This document shows, in pieces, positions 30,193 to 39,787 of a stretch of 64,000 nt of DNA. The position numbers were made by a program, and so were the translations under genes. Under the pieces are notes generated by a model. The model saw only the letters and a list, made by a program, of their open reading frames with translations, searched no databases and was not told the origin of the DNA. The stretch's first letter is position 1; every line of letters begins with the position of its first letter. The DNA is from Nitrosopumilaceae archaeon (GTDB taxonomy: Archaea; Thermoproteota; Nitrososphaeria; Nitrososphaerales; Nitrosopumilaceae). Location: contig CBDBCR010000003.1 in the NCBI GenBank assembly GCA_965203465.1, positions 448,001 through 512,000 on the forward strand. Direction: 5' to 3'.

Positions 30193-31185
30193 CTGATAAG
30201 GATAGACGAAGAAGCCATGCACCGCGTGATCGAGGAAAAGGCGCCCGCCTCGGTGGCCATCAACGGGCCCGACGGCATGCTGCCGCAGGTGCAGAGCGCG
30301 GCCCTTGCCGTCGCCGAAAAGTTCGGCATACCCGCCTACGTGCTGGCCGATGCCACCTGGGGCACGTGCGATCTCAACACCAACGGCGCCAAGGTGCTCG
30401 GGGCCGAGGTGCTCTTCAACGTGGGCCACACAGTCGGATCCGGGATGCGCTTCGAGGGCACCTGCATGATAGACGCGTTCGACGACGCCGGCTTTGAAAA
30501 GGCGGCCTCAAAGTGCGCCCCGCTCGTCTCCGGAAAGGCCGTATGCCTGGCCACCGACAGCCAGCACCTGCGGGAGCTGGGCCGCGTCAGGAAGATCCTC
30601 GAGGAGGGCGGCGCGCGCGTGACGGTCGGCCCCGGAAAGGGCCAGCTTGGCGACGGGCAGATCTTCGGGTGCGAGTTCTACCCCGCCACCGACTGCCCGC
30701 CGGCCGACGTCAACGTCTTCATGGGCCAGAGCCAGTTCCACGCGGCCGGCATGGCCGCCTCGACGGGCAGGCCCACGTACATGCTCGACCCGTACTTTGA
30801 CGAGGTGCGCGACGTGACCGAGTTTGCGCGCAAGCTCGAAAAGAGGGCCTCGGCGCAGGTGTACGCGGCCGCCGAGGCGTCGGTGTTCGGCGTCATCGTG
30901 GGCCTCAAGGAGGGCCAGATCTCAAAGACCGCCGCGCTCTCCGTAAAGCGCGAGCTCGAGAAAGCGGGCAAAAAAGTGCAGCTGTTCGCCATGACCGACA
31001 TCACCAACGAGAGGCTGCGGTGCCTGCGCGGCATAGACGCGTTCGTGCAGTCGGCCTGCCCGCGCATATCGACGGACAACAGGTTCGACGTGCCCGTCCT
31101 CTCGATGCCGCAGGCGAGGGCGCTGGTGCGCGTGCTGCGCGGCCAGGACCCGGGAAGGTACCTGCAGGCGCCGCACTGGCTCTAG
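30193..31185 (+). CDS. dph2: Diphthamide biosynthesis protein Dph2
   Basis: WGTCD, GQIFGC, KEGQ and SACPRI Fe-S cysteines; start uncertain (CTG 30193 or ATG 30218). Confidence 0.93.
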   Translation: MIRIDEEAMHRVIEEKAPASVAINGPDGMLPQVQSAALAVAEKFGIPAYVLADATWGTCDLNTNGAKVLGAEVLFNVGHTVGSGMRFEGTCMIDAFDDAGFEKAASKCAPLVSGKAVCLATDSQHLRELGRVRKILEEGGARVTVGPGKGQLGDGQIFGCEFYPATDCPPADVNVFMGQSQFHAAGMAASTGRPTYMLDPYFDEVRDVTEFARKLEKRASAQVYAAAEASVFGVIVGLKEGQISKTAALSVKRELEKAGKKVQLFAMTDITNERLRCLRGIDAFVQSACPRISTDNRFDVPVLSMPQARALVRVLRGQDPGRYLQAPHWL

Positions 31186-32234
31186 GGCCTCAGCAGCATC
31201 TTGCCGAAGACGCCGCCTTTGAGCATGCGCCGGTGCGCCTCGGCCGCCCGCTCCAGCGGGTATTCCGAATCGATGTGCGAGCGTATGCGGCCGCGCGACA
31301 TCCAGTACAGCCCGCGCTCCAGCTCTGCGCGCGTGCCCTGCGTGGAGCCGAGGACGGAGAGGCCCCCCTCGTGTATGAGCCTCAGGTCGGTGGGCGCCTC
31401 GTAGCCGGTCGTGGCCCCGGTGGTGACCACCGTGCCGCCCCTGCGCGCCAGCCCTAGCGCCGCGTTCCAGTGCGAGCCGCCAACGTGCTCGAATACGACG
31501 TCGACGCCGGGCTCCCCCAGCGAGCCGCATATGCGGCGCACGCGCTCGGGCCACGACGGGTCGCGGTGGTCCACCGCGTAGTCGGCGCCCATGTCCAGCA
31601 GCCTGCCGAGCTTTGCGCGGCTCGCCGTCGATATGACCGTGCAGCCGTGCAGCTTTGCTATCTGCACGCCAAAGCTGCCCACCCCCGAGGCGCCCCCCAT
31701 CACCAGGACCGTCTGGCCGGGCCGTATCCTGGCCCTGCCCGCCAGCATGTGCCACGAGGTCAGCAGCGTCATCGAGGCCGCCGCGGCCTGCTCGTACGAC
31801 ATGCCGTCGGGTACGGGCACCGCGTTGGCCTCGGGCAGCCGGGCAATCTCGCAGTAGCCGCCCCACAGCGGCCCGGTCTGGAACCCCCATATGCGGCGGC
31901 GCCGGCAGTCGTACTCCCTCCCCGAAGTGCACGGGCCGCAGACCCTGCAGGAGAGGTTGCCGTGCGAGACTACGCGGTCGCCCGGCGCCACGCTGCGCAC
32001 CCCCTCGCCGACCGAGACGACGTCCCCGGCAGCGTCGGTGCCCGAGACGTGCGGCAGCGGGACCGCCAGCGGCCTGCCCCGCATGCCCCATATGTCGTCG
32101 TAGTTTAGCGCCGCGGCGCGCACGCGGAACACGACCTCGCCGGGGCCCGGCACCGGATCGGGTATCTGGCGCACCTCTAGCACGGACTCAAAGTCGTCGT
32201 CGCGGCAGTACCTGTCGTAGACGAGGGCCCTCAC
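31182..32234 (-). CDS. Zinc-binding (MDR family) dehydrogenase/oxidoreductase
   Basis: AALNYDD, CRVCGPC, GGASGVG and GKMLL. Confidence 0.9.
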   Translation of the reverse strand: MRALVYDRYCRDDDFESVLEVRQIPDPVPGPGEVVFRVRAAALNYDDIWGMRGRPLAVPLPHVSGTDAAGDVVSVGEGVRSVAPGDRVVSHGNLSCRVCGPCTSGREYDCRRRRIWGFQTGPLWGGYCEIARLPEANAVPVPDGMSYEQAAAASMTLLTSWHMLAGRARIRPGQTVLVMGGASGVGSFGVQIAKLHGCTVISTASRAKLGRLLDMGADYAVDHRDPSWPERVRRICGSLGEPGVDVVFEHVGGSHWNAALGLARRGGTVVTTGATTGYEAPTDLRLIHEGGLSVLGSTQGTRAELERGLYWMSRGRIRSHIDSEYPLERAAEAHRRMLKGGVFGKMLLRP

Positions 32235-32487
32235 GGCCCTGCGCGGCCGGGCGTCTCTAATATACGTGGCCTGCGCGCGGCCGGCTTGCCCATCCCGGGC
32301 GAGCTGGAGGCCCCCGCCCAAGCGTTTGCAACATGTCGCTTCTGGGCGAAGACGCTGCTGACGGGCGGGCGAAAAAGTTGCGAGGCGGGGCGGACAGTGC
32401 GCTGCGGCCGGTACGACACGGCCGCGCTGGCGGTGGATGGTTTAATATGGTCGGGTTTTGGCACCGGGTAGGAATGGAAGCATAGAC

Positions 32488-33294
32488 ATGGATGGCGAAT
32501 ACATGCAGATCATGCTAGACGCGATACATGTCTGCGCTACATACAAGCCAAAATTTGGCAAAGGGAAGGACGGCATTACACTCGAACAATTTCAAGATTT
32601 GTATAGTCGAGATGTGTTTTACAATTGGATGGGCTTGGACACACAATACATGTATGCTATGCACAAAGCATCCTGCAGCATGACAAGCATATACAGACAG
32701 ATCGGCATGGGTAGCGAAAGGCTATTCCGCAAGATTCTAAAAGATGAGCTCGGATTGTCAGAAGACGTAAAATGGTCGTATCAAATGACAGATATGGGTA
32801 ATAGAGATAGGACGTTGTTTTTAGATGCGCGCGTGCAGTTTGGGAAGATCAGAGACGCCGAGAAACGCGATCGGTTTTACAACTGGATGCGCGATTCTGC
32901 GGACATGATCGGTATCGACCAGAAAGTGTTTGGTAGTTTGGCCGGTGCGGTTTTTGAGGTACGGCAAGGGTACAAGAGCAAGGATTCCAAACGACAAAAC
33001 TCCGATATCGCCAACGCCGCGATGGCGTATACTAAAGGATACCTTCCGTGTGCGATGATCATGTCCACCCAGATAGACCAAGACGTACTTGCACGGTATC
33101 GTGATGAACGGTGGACGGTCATAACCGGAACCGTGGGCGAAAACAGCCCGTTGTCTTCCACTTATGATTTCATGAAGGATGTCATAGGCTACGATTTGGC
33201 TGCCTTTTTTGAACGCAGCAGTCCCATGTTGCGCAGAGAACTGCAACGCGTTCTGGAGGCCCTTCGAAGCTGGTGGTCTTTGTGGCAGCCGTAG
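32488..33294 (+). CDS. Putative type II restriction endonuclease (PD-(D/E)xK)
   Basis: Low-GC ORF overlapping an MTase; LDAR...FEVRQGYKSKDSKRQ nuclease-like motif. Confidence 0.7.
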   Translation: MDGEYMQIMLDAIHVCATYKPKFGKGKDGITLEQFQDLYSRDVFYNWMGLDTQYMYAMHKASCSMTSIYRQIGMGSERLFRKILKDELGLSEDVKWSYQMTDMGNRDRTLFLDARVQFGKIRDAEKRDRFYNWMRDSADMIGIDQKVFGSLAGAVFEVRQGYKSKDSKRQNSDIANAAMAYTKGYLPCAMIMSTQIDQDVLARYRDERWTVITGTVGENSPLSSTYDFMKDVIGYDLAAFFERSSPMLRRELQRVLEALRSWWSLWQP

Positions 33295-34544
33295 AAAAAA
33301 GCCTTCGCCAGAGAGCAGACTATACGCACAAGTTCAATTCAAAGACGGGGCGGCACGGGTGGCTGCGCCTGACGCCGGCCTACTCTGTAAAGATAGTCGA
33401 CGGTCTGCTGAGCGGTCTGAAAAGGCCCGCGCGCATACTCGATCCGTTCTGCGGAACCGCGACGACGGCGCTGTGCGCGTCGTACAGAGGGCACGACAGC
33501 ACAACGATCGACATCAACCCTTTTCTTGTCTGGCTCGGCCGGGCAAAGATAGCCAAGTATTCGGACGCCGAGATAACATCGACGCGCGACGCGTGCTGCA
33601 GGATAACACGCTCGGTAAAGCGGGGCAAGGCCGAGCAGGCAGAGGCCCCCCCAATCCACAACGTCGAGAGGTGGTGGAGCCAAGAGGCGCTGGGTTTTTT
33701 GCGCTCGTTGAAGTTCTGCATAAAAGCCGAGAGCGACTCTGATTCGGCCGAGCGCAGCCTGCTTCTAGTCGCTTTTTGCAGGACACTGATCGGGCTTTCG
33801 AACGCGGCGTTCAACCACCAGTCCATGTCTTTCAACGGATGCGCGCAACCGCACGCGCGAACCCGCGCCGGCATGGCCAAGATGTTCGGCGACGATCTGC
33901 GCTTCGTCCTAGAGGGAGCCGGGAAAAACCCCGCAAGGAACGGCAGGATAGCGTACGGCGACGCGAGGCGGCTGCGGGATTCAGTCGACGGCCGGTTCGA
34001 TTTCGTGGTCACTTCCCCGCCGTACGCAAACCGGATGTCCTACATACGCGAGCTTCGACCGTACATGTATTGGTTGGATTTTTTAGACAACGGGCGCGAC
34101 GCCGGGGACCTCGACTGGTCGTCGATCGGGGGCACGTGGGGCGTGGCCACCAGCAGGCTGAGCGGCTGGAAGCGCTCCGAGCGCTCGTTCAGGCACCCCC
34201 TCCTAGACTCCGCGCTGGGCGGGATTGCGCATTCCGGCAACAAGAGCGGAGCGATACTTGCCAACTACGTGGCCAAGTATTTCGACGACATGTGGGCGCA
34301 TTTCAACTCGCTCTCCAGAGTGCTTAACCGCGACGCGGAGATTCACTACATCGTGGGAAACTCCGCGTTCTTCGGGGTGCTCTTGCCGGTCGAAAAGGTA
34401 TACGCGGCGATGCTCGAACGGCTGGGGTTCGCAGGCGTCCGCTGTAGTGCCATACGCAAACGCAACTCGAAAAAAGATCTGGTGGAGTTTGACGTTTCGG
34501 CTAGGCGCGGAAGGCGAGTCCTGGACTCACGCGCCGCGGTTTAG
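33273..34544 (+). CDS. Amino-DNA methyltransferase (probably N4-cytosine)
   Basis: Motif I ILDPFCGTATT and motif IV VTSPPY. Confidence 0.9.
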   Translation: MVFVAAVEKSLRQRADYTHKFNSKTGRHGWLRLTPAYSVKIVDGLLSGLKRPARILDPFCGTATTALCASYRGHDSTTIDINPFLVWLGRAKIAKYSDAEITSTRDACCRITRSVKRGKAEQAEAPPIHNVERWWSQEALGFLRSLKFCIKAESDSDSAERSLLLVAFCRTLIGLSNAAFNHQSMSFNGCAQPHARTRAGMAKMFGDDLRFVLEGAGKNPARNGRIAYGDARRLRDSVDGRFDFVVTSPPYANRMSYIRELRPYMYWLDFLDNGRDAGDLDWSSIGGTWGVATSRLSGWKRSERSFRHPLLDSALGGIAHSGNKSGAILANYVAKYFDDMWAHFNSLSRVLNRDAEIHYIVGNSAFFGVLLPVEKVYAAMLERLGFAGVRCSAIRKRNSKKDLVEFDVSARRGRRVLDSRAAV

Positions 34545-34603
34545 AAAAGCGGCCGGATCCTTGTAGCCCCGTAGTCCGCGTTGTAGAGACCGATCCAGAT
34601 CCG

Positions 34604-34993
34604 TCATTTCTTCCGCCTTTCGAAGAGGAGTTTGTCGTACTCTGTATCGTACGGTTCGCTAGATACGTGGGAGATGTGTGGTTCCAGATAGCATTCAAAC
34701 AAATCTTCCACTTGTATGATTTTTTGCACTAGCTCGCGTACGGCGTTTCCCGTGCTTTCGTTGTTGTGCCGCACCGCCAAGATCCAGCCGTCGCGCTCTT
34801 CGATGTAACGTAAGGACTGGACGTACGGCAGGGGCGAGATCGTCTCCACTATTTTTTGTTCGATGGCAGCCTTTGTGTTTTCGCCCGGGCGAGATCTTTT
34901 TTCACGAGCCGCCTCCCGCTCGAACGCGGGGCTGCCCGCGAACTGCTCAAACGTCTGCGCGTCATCGGCGGCCGCCTTGCTCACCGATCCCAT
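34604..34993 (-). CDS. Hypothetical protein
   Basis: Low-GC ORF with protein-like composition and TATA-like element near 35010. Confidence 0.6.
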   Translation of the reverse strand: MGSVSKAAADDAQTFEQFAGSPAFEREAAREKRSRPGENTKAAIEQKIVETISPLPYVQSLRYIEERDGWILAVRHNNESTGNAVRELVQKIIQVEDLFECYLEPHISHVSSEPYDTEYDKLLFERRKK

Positions 34994-35029
34994 GCCGCAT
35001 GTGGGCCTAATAAGCATTCTTGTCGTCTG

Positions 35030-35324
35030 GGGGTTGTCGCATAATTCCCCAGAACGACGGATTCCGTCGCATCTGAGGCCTGACGTCTGAAGGGGCCGCT
35101 TAGATCAGTTTTTTCCGACCAACGATCAATTTTTCCGACCGCCATGATTGTTGATCACGGCCAGCGCCATCCTGTCGTTAAAGCGGCAACGGCAAGACGG
35201 ATGCTGAACCGTGTGCCAAAACCGGCCGCCAGCCGGATCCGGACGCGTCAGCCTCTGCCACCGAACCCTAGAAAATGACTGAAACCGTCGCTTTGGACGA
35301 TTCGTGTGAGGATTATGTAACGCC
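35030..35324 (+). mobile_element. MITE-like element (copy C, about 295 bp)
   Basis: Left end GGGGTTGTCGCATAATTC, right end GGATTATGTAACGCC; left part aligns to copy A, right part to copy B (reverse complements). Confidence 0.72.
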
Positions 35325-35370
35325 GAAGCCGCCAGAAAACAATTATAATCGCCGCGCCCGGCTCTCCCGC

Positions 35371-35907
35371 GTGGAGCAGGCGATCCCGGGGCAAAAGATA
35401 GCGTCCATAGAAGAGTACGAGGCCGGCGACAACACGTTCGACGACGGGGATTCGGTGCGCTCGGCCGTGGCCGGCGAGGTGCTGATGGACAGGGGCAACA
35501 GGACCGCTGCCGTCTCCTGGACCAAGAGGCCGCTGATCGCGCGCGCCGGCGACACGGTGGTCGGCACCGTGGCGGCCACCATGGCCTTCATGATAGCGGT
35601 CCGCATAGACTACGTAAACGGCGTGCGCACCAGCGCCGGCGTGGAGTGCATCTGCTCTACGAGGAACATGCGCAAGAGGATCCTGGCCCTGACCGGCGAC
35701 GTGGTCTCGCTCAAGATACTGAGCCTCAGGAACGGGGCCCTGCACGCGACCGTCTCGGAGCCGGAGCTGGGAGTTTTGTTCACAAAGTGCCGCAAGTGCG
35801 GCCAGGCCGTCATGCAGTACAGGGACGCCGTAAAGTGCAAGGAATGCGGCTGGATAGACGACCGCAAGCTCTCAAGCCAGTTCGGAAAGGCTGCGTTCAT
35901 GCGATGA
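35371..35907 (+). CDS. csl4: Exosome complex component Csl4
   Basis: IPGQKIASIEEY, S1 domain and ELGV...CRKC...CKEC...RKLS; GTG start after TTATAA at 35343. Confidence 0.92.
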   Translation: MEQAIPGQKIASIEEYEAGDNTFDDGDSVRSAVAGEVLMDRGNRTAAVSWTKRPLIARAGDTVVGTVAATMAFMIAVRIDYVNGVRTSAGVECICSTRNMRKRILALTGDVVSLKILSLRNGALHATVSEPELGVLFTKCRKCGQAVMQYRDAVKCKECGWIDDRKLSSQFGKAAFMR

Positions 35908-36731
35908 TAGTGGCATTCCAGGGAACAAGGGGCGCGTACAGCGAGGGGGCCGCCAGGGAGTTTTTCGGCGACGGGGCGAGCACGCTGCCGTCGGCCTCGT
36001 TCGCCGACGCCGCGGGGGCCGTGGAATCGGGCAGGGCCGAGCGCGCCGTGCTCCCCGTCGAAAACTCCATAGAGGGCAGCGTCGGCGAGGTGCACGACCT
36101 GCTCGCCGTGTCCGGGCTCTCGGCGGTCGGCGAGATATACCACCACATAGAGCACTGCCTCATCGGCAGCGGCGGCCTCGACGGCGTCAAGACGGTCTAT
36201 TCGCACCCGCAGGCGCTCGGGCAGTGCAGGAAGTTCATCGAATCAAGGGGCCTCAAGACCATACCCACCTACGACACGGCCGGCAGCGTGCAGATAGTGC
36301 GCGAGCTCGGCATGGGCGAGGCGGCGTGCATCGCGAGCAGGCAGGCCGCAAGGACGCACGGCCTGCCCGTGATATCGGAGGGCATAGCCGACAGGCAGGA
36401 CAACCGCACCAGGTTTCTGGTGCTGGCCGACGGGGCCGCGCGCCCGCCGGACGCCGACAAGACGTCGGTCATATTCTCCCTGAGGCACGAGCGCGGGGCG
36501 CTGTTCAGGGCCGTCTCGTGCTTTAACAGTTCTGGTATAAACCTGACCCGCATAGAATCGCGGCCCACCAGGTCGGCCGCCTGGGAGTACAACTTTTACG
36601 TCGACTTTGAGGGCAGCGAGGGGCAGGACAACGTGGACGAGGCCCTCGGGGGCGTCAGAAAAGAGGCGGTCTTTTTCAAGAGCCTCGGATCGTACAGGTC
36701 GGCTAAAACCCGCGGGGCTTGCGGACGCTAA
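35904..36731 (+). CDS. pheA: Prephenate dehydratase
   Basis: FQGTRGAYSE, PVENSIEG, SHPQALGQC, NRTRF and ACT domain LTRIESRP. Confidence 0.96.
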   Translation: MIVAFQGTRGAYSEGAAREFFGDGASTLPSASFADAAGAVESGRAERAVLPVENSIEGSVGEVHDLLAVSGLSAVGEIYHHIEHCLIGSGGLDGVKTVYSHPQALGQCRKFIESRGLKTIPTYDTAGSVQIVRELGMGEAACIASRQAARTHGLPVISEGIADRQDNRTRFLVLADGAARPPDADKTSVIFSLRHERGALFRAVSCFNSSGINLTRIESRPTRSAAWEYNFYVDFEGSEGQDNVDEALGGVRKEAVFFKSLGSYRSAKTRGACGR

Positions 36732-37167
36732 AGCCCATGCTGAACCCGATTATTATCACGCCGGCGGTGATCACCACAAAGTGGTACGCAAAGAGCACCG
36801 GGTCGGTGACCACCGAAAAGTCGTACTCTACGCTCACCTCGCCCTCGCCCGTGTTCCTCACGTTGAGCAGGGCCGTGCCGTCCGATACGTGCAGCCACGT
36901 GACGGCGTGCGAGCCCTCGTAGGTTTCGCGCGGCACGCTCATGCCGGCCGGGTTGTCCAGCTCCAGGTCGAACTTCGCCCCCGAGACGAGCACGGACTGC
37001 TCGGTGCCGGCAGGCGCGGTCAGCGAAAAGGCGGCGGAGCGGCCCTCGGACAGCAGGTCGGTCCCCGAGACCTCCTGCAGGCCGAACGAGCCTGCGAGCG
37101 CCGCGATGCCGATGCCGGCTATGGCGGAGCCGACGGCGAGCCCGATGACTGTCCGCTTCGTGAACAC
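36703..37167 (-). CDS. Hypothetical membrane protein (two TM segments)
   Basis: N- and C-terminal hydrophobic helices; TTTAAT upstream. Confidence 0.75.
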   Translation of the reverse strand: MFTKRTVIGLAVGSAIAGIGIAALAGSFGLQEVSGTDLLSEGRSAAFSLTAPAGTEQSVLVSGAKFDLELDNPAGMSVPRETYEGSHAVTWLHVSDGTALLNVRNTGEGEVSVEYDFSVVTDPVLFAYHFVVITAGVIIIGFSMGFSVRKPRGF

Positions 37168-37201
37168 TGCGCCGGCCGGGGGGCCGCCGGTATTAAATGG
37201 A

Positions 37202-38623
37202 TCACAGCACCGACACGTCGTGGGCCCCGCTCTCGGCGAACCCGGCGCCTGACATCTTGACGAACTCGGCGTTTTTCTGCATCTGCGGTATCGTGCGCGC
37301 CCCGCAGTAGCTGAGGCCCGAGCGTATCCCGCCGCCGAGCTGAGCCAGTATCTCGACCACCGAGCCCTTGTAGGGCACCATGGCCTCGACGCCCTCTGCC
37401 ACGTAGTCGTTTAGATCCTCGTCGTCGCGCCCCTCCTTGGAGCGGCGCCCCAGCGAGGCCGCCAGCGAGGCCATGCCCCTGTACACCTTGTAGCGCTTGC
37501 CGTTCTTCGTGAGCACCGTGCCGGGCGACTCGTCGGTTCCGCCCAGCATGCTGCCCACCATGACCGACGAGGCGCCGGCCGCCAAGGCCTTCGTCGCGTC
37601 GCCCGAGGTGCGCGTGCCCCCGTCCGATATGACCGGCACCCCGTGGTCGGCCGCCACCTTGGCGCATTCCAGTACCGCGCTCAGCTGCGGCACCCCCGAG
37701 CCGGTGATGACGCGCGTTATGCATATCGAGCCGGAGCCCACGCCCACCTTGACCGCGTCCACTCCCGCCCGTATCAGGTCCTGCGCGCCGTCGCCGGTGG
37801 CGACGTTACCGGCGACCAGCTCGCAGTCCGGAAAAGCCTTTTTGATGTTCTTTACGGTGCGCAGCGCGTTGGAGCTGTGCCCGTGTGCTATGTCGACTAC
37901 GAGCGCGTCGGCGCCCGCCTCCAGCAGCGCCTCGGCCCTCTCCATGAAATCCCCCTTTACGCCGACGGCGGCCCCGACCAGCGGCCTGCCCTTGCCGTCC
38001 TTTACGGCGCTCGGAAAGTCCTCGATGCCCCGTATGTCCTTGCTGGTGATCAGGCCGCGCACCGCGCCCGAGCCGTCGACGAGGGGCAGCTTTTCTATCC
38101 TGTGCTCGTGGAGCAGTTTTTTGGCGTCCTCCAGCCCTATGTCGGGCGGGGCCGTGACCATGTCCTTTGTCATCACGTCTCGCAGCGGCCTCGAGGCGTC
38201 GGCCTCGAAGAGCAGGTCGCGCGCGGTCAGTATCCCCACCAGTTTTCCCCCGTCGGTGACCAGCAGGCCCGAGGCGCCGGTCTCCTGCGAGCGATCGGCT
38301 GCCTCCCCGACGGTCTGGCCGGCGCCGACCGTATACGGGTTCTCTATCATCACGCCCCCCGACCTCTTTACCCTGAGCACCTCGGAGACCTGCTCCGGTA
38401 TCGTCAGGAACCGGTGTATGACCCCCATGCCGCCGTGCTTGGCCATGGCCACGGCCATGGCCGACTCGGTGACCGTGTCCATGTTGGCGCTGACCAGCGG
38501 TATGTTGAGAGATATGTTGCGCGAGAGCCGGGTGGAAAGGTCGGCGTCGGCCCTGCTGGTGATCTCCGAATATTTCGGCACCAGCAGCACGTCGTCGAAC
38601 GTCAGCCCCCTCTTGAATTTCAA
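37202..38623 (-). CDS. guaB: IMP dehydrogenase
   Basis: LTFDDVLL, SANMDTVT, CBS pair, GSGSICIT and YRGMAS. Confidence 0.97.
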   Translation of the reverse strand: MKFKRGLTFDDVLLVPKYSEITSRADADLSTRLSRNISLNIPLVSANMDTVTESAMAVAMAKHGGMGVIHRFLTIPEQVSEVLRVKRSGGVMIENPYTVGAGQTVGEAADRSQETGASGLLVTDGGKLVGILTARDLLFEADASRPLRDVMTKDMVTAPPDIGLEDAKKLLHEHRIEKLPLVDGSGAVRGLITSKDIRGIEDFPSAVKDGKGRPLVGAAVGVKGDFMERAEALLEAGADALVVDIAHGHSSNALRTVKNIKKAFPDCELVAGNVATGDGAQDLIRAGVDAVKVGVGSGSICITRVITGSGVPQLSAVLECAKVAADHGVPVISDGGTRTSGDATKALAAGASSVMVGSMLGGTDESPGTVLTKNGKRYKVYRGMASLAASLGRRSKEGRDDEDLNDYVAEGVEAMVPYKGSVVEILAQLGGGIRSGLSYCGARTIPQMQKNAEFVKMSGAGFAESGAHDVSVL

Positions 38624-38710
38624 AATCCCCCCGACGCGGGCCGGCCGTTTCGTTATAAGCCTTTGTCGGCCCCGATCCGCTTATATCGCCGCCCCGGGGC
38701 GCGGGCCACG

Positions 38711-39331
38711 TTGGCGAGGCGCAAGGCCCGGGTCAAGGACAAGTGGCGCGAAAAGCGCTGGGTGAGCGTAGCTGCCCCCGCGGCGCTTGCGGGCGGCGGC
38801 TCCGAGCCGGTCGCGTCCATACCCATAACCGACGAAAAGAACGCCAGGGGCAGGGTCGTCGAGGTCACCCTCTACGACATACTCAAAGCCGACCCCTCCC
38901 AGCACCAGTACAAGGTGTACTTTCAGATAGACAGCATCGAGGGCGACACGGCCACCTCCATATTCAAGAGGTACGAGTATTCCAAAGAGTTCCTGCGCAG
39001 CCTGGTCAGGCGCGGCTCGTCCAAGATAAACTTCATAATGGACACGCAGACCTCCGACGGCAGCGTCTTCCGCGTAAAGATAATCATACTGACGTACCGC
39101 CAGCTCAACACGTCCAGAAAGCACGCGCTGCGCCTCATAGCCAGGAGGATAATCCAGGAATCGGTGCCCGCCATGACCCTCGACCAGTTCGTGCAGGCCG
39201 CCTGCTACGGCAAGATAAGCGCCGACATCATGGCCGCGGCCAAAAAGATGATAAAGATAAGGCACGCGGGGCTCGAAAAGGTCAAACTGGTGCGCACCGC
39301 CGAGGCCAGGACCGTCCTGCTCGAGGCATGA
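38711..39331 (+). CDS. rps3ae: 30S ribosomal protein S3Ae
   Basis: VKDKWREKRW, GRVVEVTLYD, RSLVRRGSSKI and EKVKL. Confidence 0.94.
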   Translation: MARRKARVKDKWREKRWVSVAAPAALAGGGSEPVASIPITDEKNARGRVVEVTLYDILKADPSQHQYKVYFQIDSIEGDTATSIFKRYEYSKEFLRSLVRRGSSKINFIMDTQTSDGSVFRVKIIILTYRQLNTSRKHALRLIARRIIQESVPAMTLDQFVQAACYGKISADIMAAAKKMIKIRHAGLEKVKLVRTAEARTVLLEA

Positions 39332-39675
39332 TCTCGGTCAGCGCGATAACGCACGCCACCGAGGATTCCGAGCGCGTGCGCTCCAACCTGCGCCGGCTGC
39401 TCGGCGCCGAAAAACTCGGGGTGGAGGCCTCCGAGGGCCACCACGGAAACCCCATAGAGATCTCGGCGGGGCCGGCCCCGGGGGCCGCGGCCGCCATAGC
39501 CGGGGCGGTGCCCGCGGAGCTGCTGGAGCGGGCCCTCGGCTCCGGGGAGGGCAGGGCGTACCTGCGCCTCGACAAGCAGGCCATCTCGGAGGGGCGCATA
39601 TCGCTCAGCGACTCCGATCCCGTGAGGGTGACCGTCCCGGGCGGCGTGCGCGAATGGCGCAGAGCCGCCCCCTAG
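39328..39675 (+). CDS. RNA-binding protein (DUF54-like)
   Basis: HATED, GHHGNPI and YLRLDKQ. Confidence 0.85.
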   Translation: MISVSAITHATEDSERVRSNLRRLLGAEKLGVEASEGHHGNPIEISAGPAPGAAAAIAGAVPAELLERALGSGEGRAYLRLDKQAISEGRISLSDSDPVRVTVPGGVREWRRAAP

Positions 39676-39787
39676 GCGCCCGCGTTCCATCTTTGTAGAA
39701 CGGGGCCGCGGCCCGGGCCCCCCGCGCCCGGGCGCCGGAAAACTCGTAATATTAAAAAAGGGCATTCTCAGGCCCCCCGCCAGAAGC

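Noticed and set aside
35275-35370. N-terminal extension of Csl4
   Set aside because: The upstream ATG lies within MITE copy C; the TATA box at 35343 supports the GTG start at 35371
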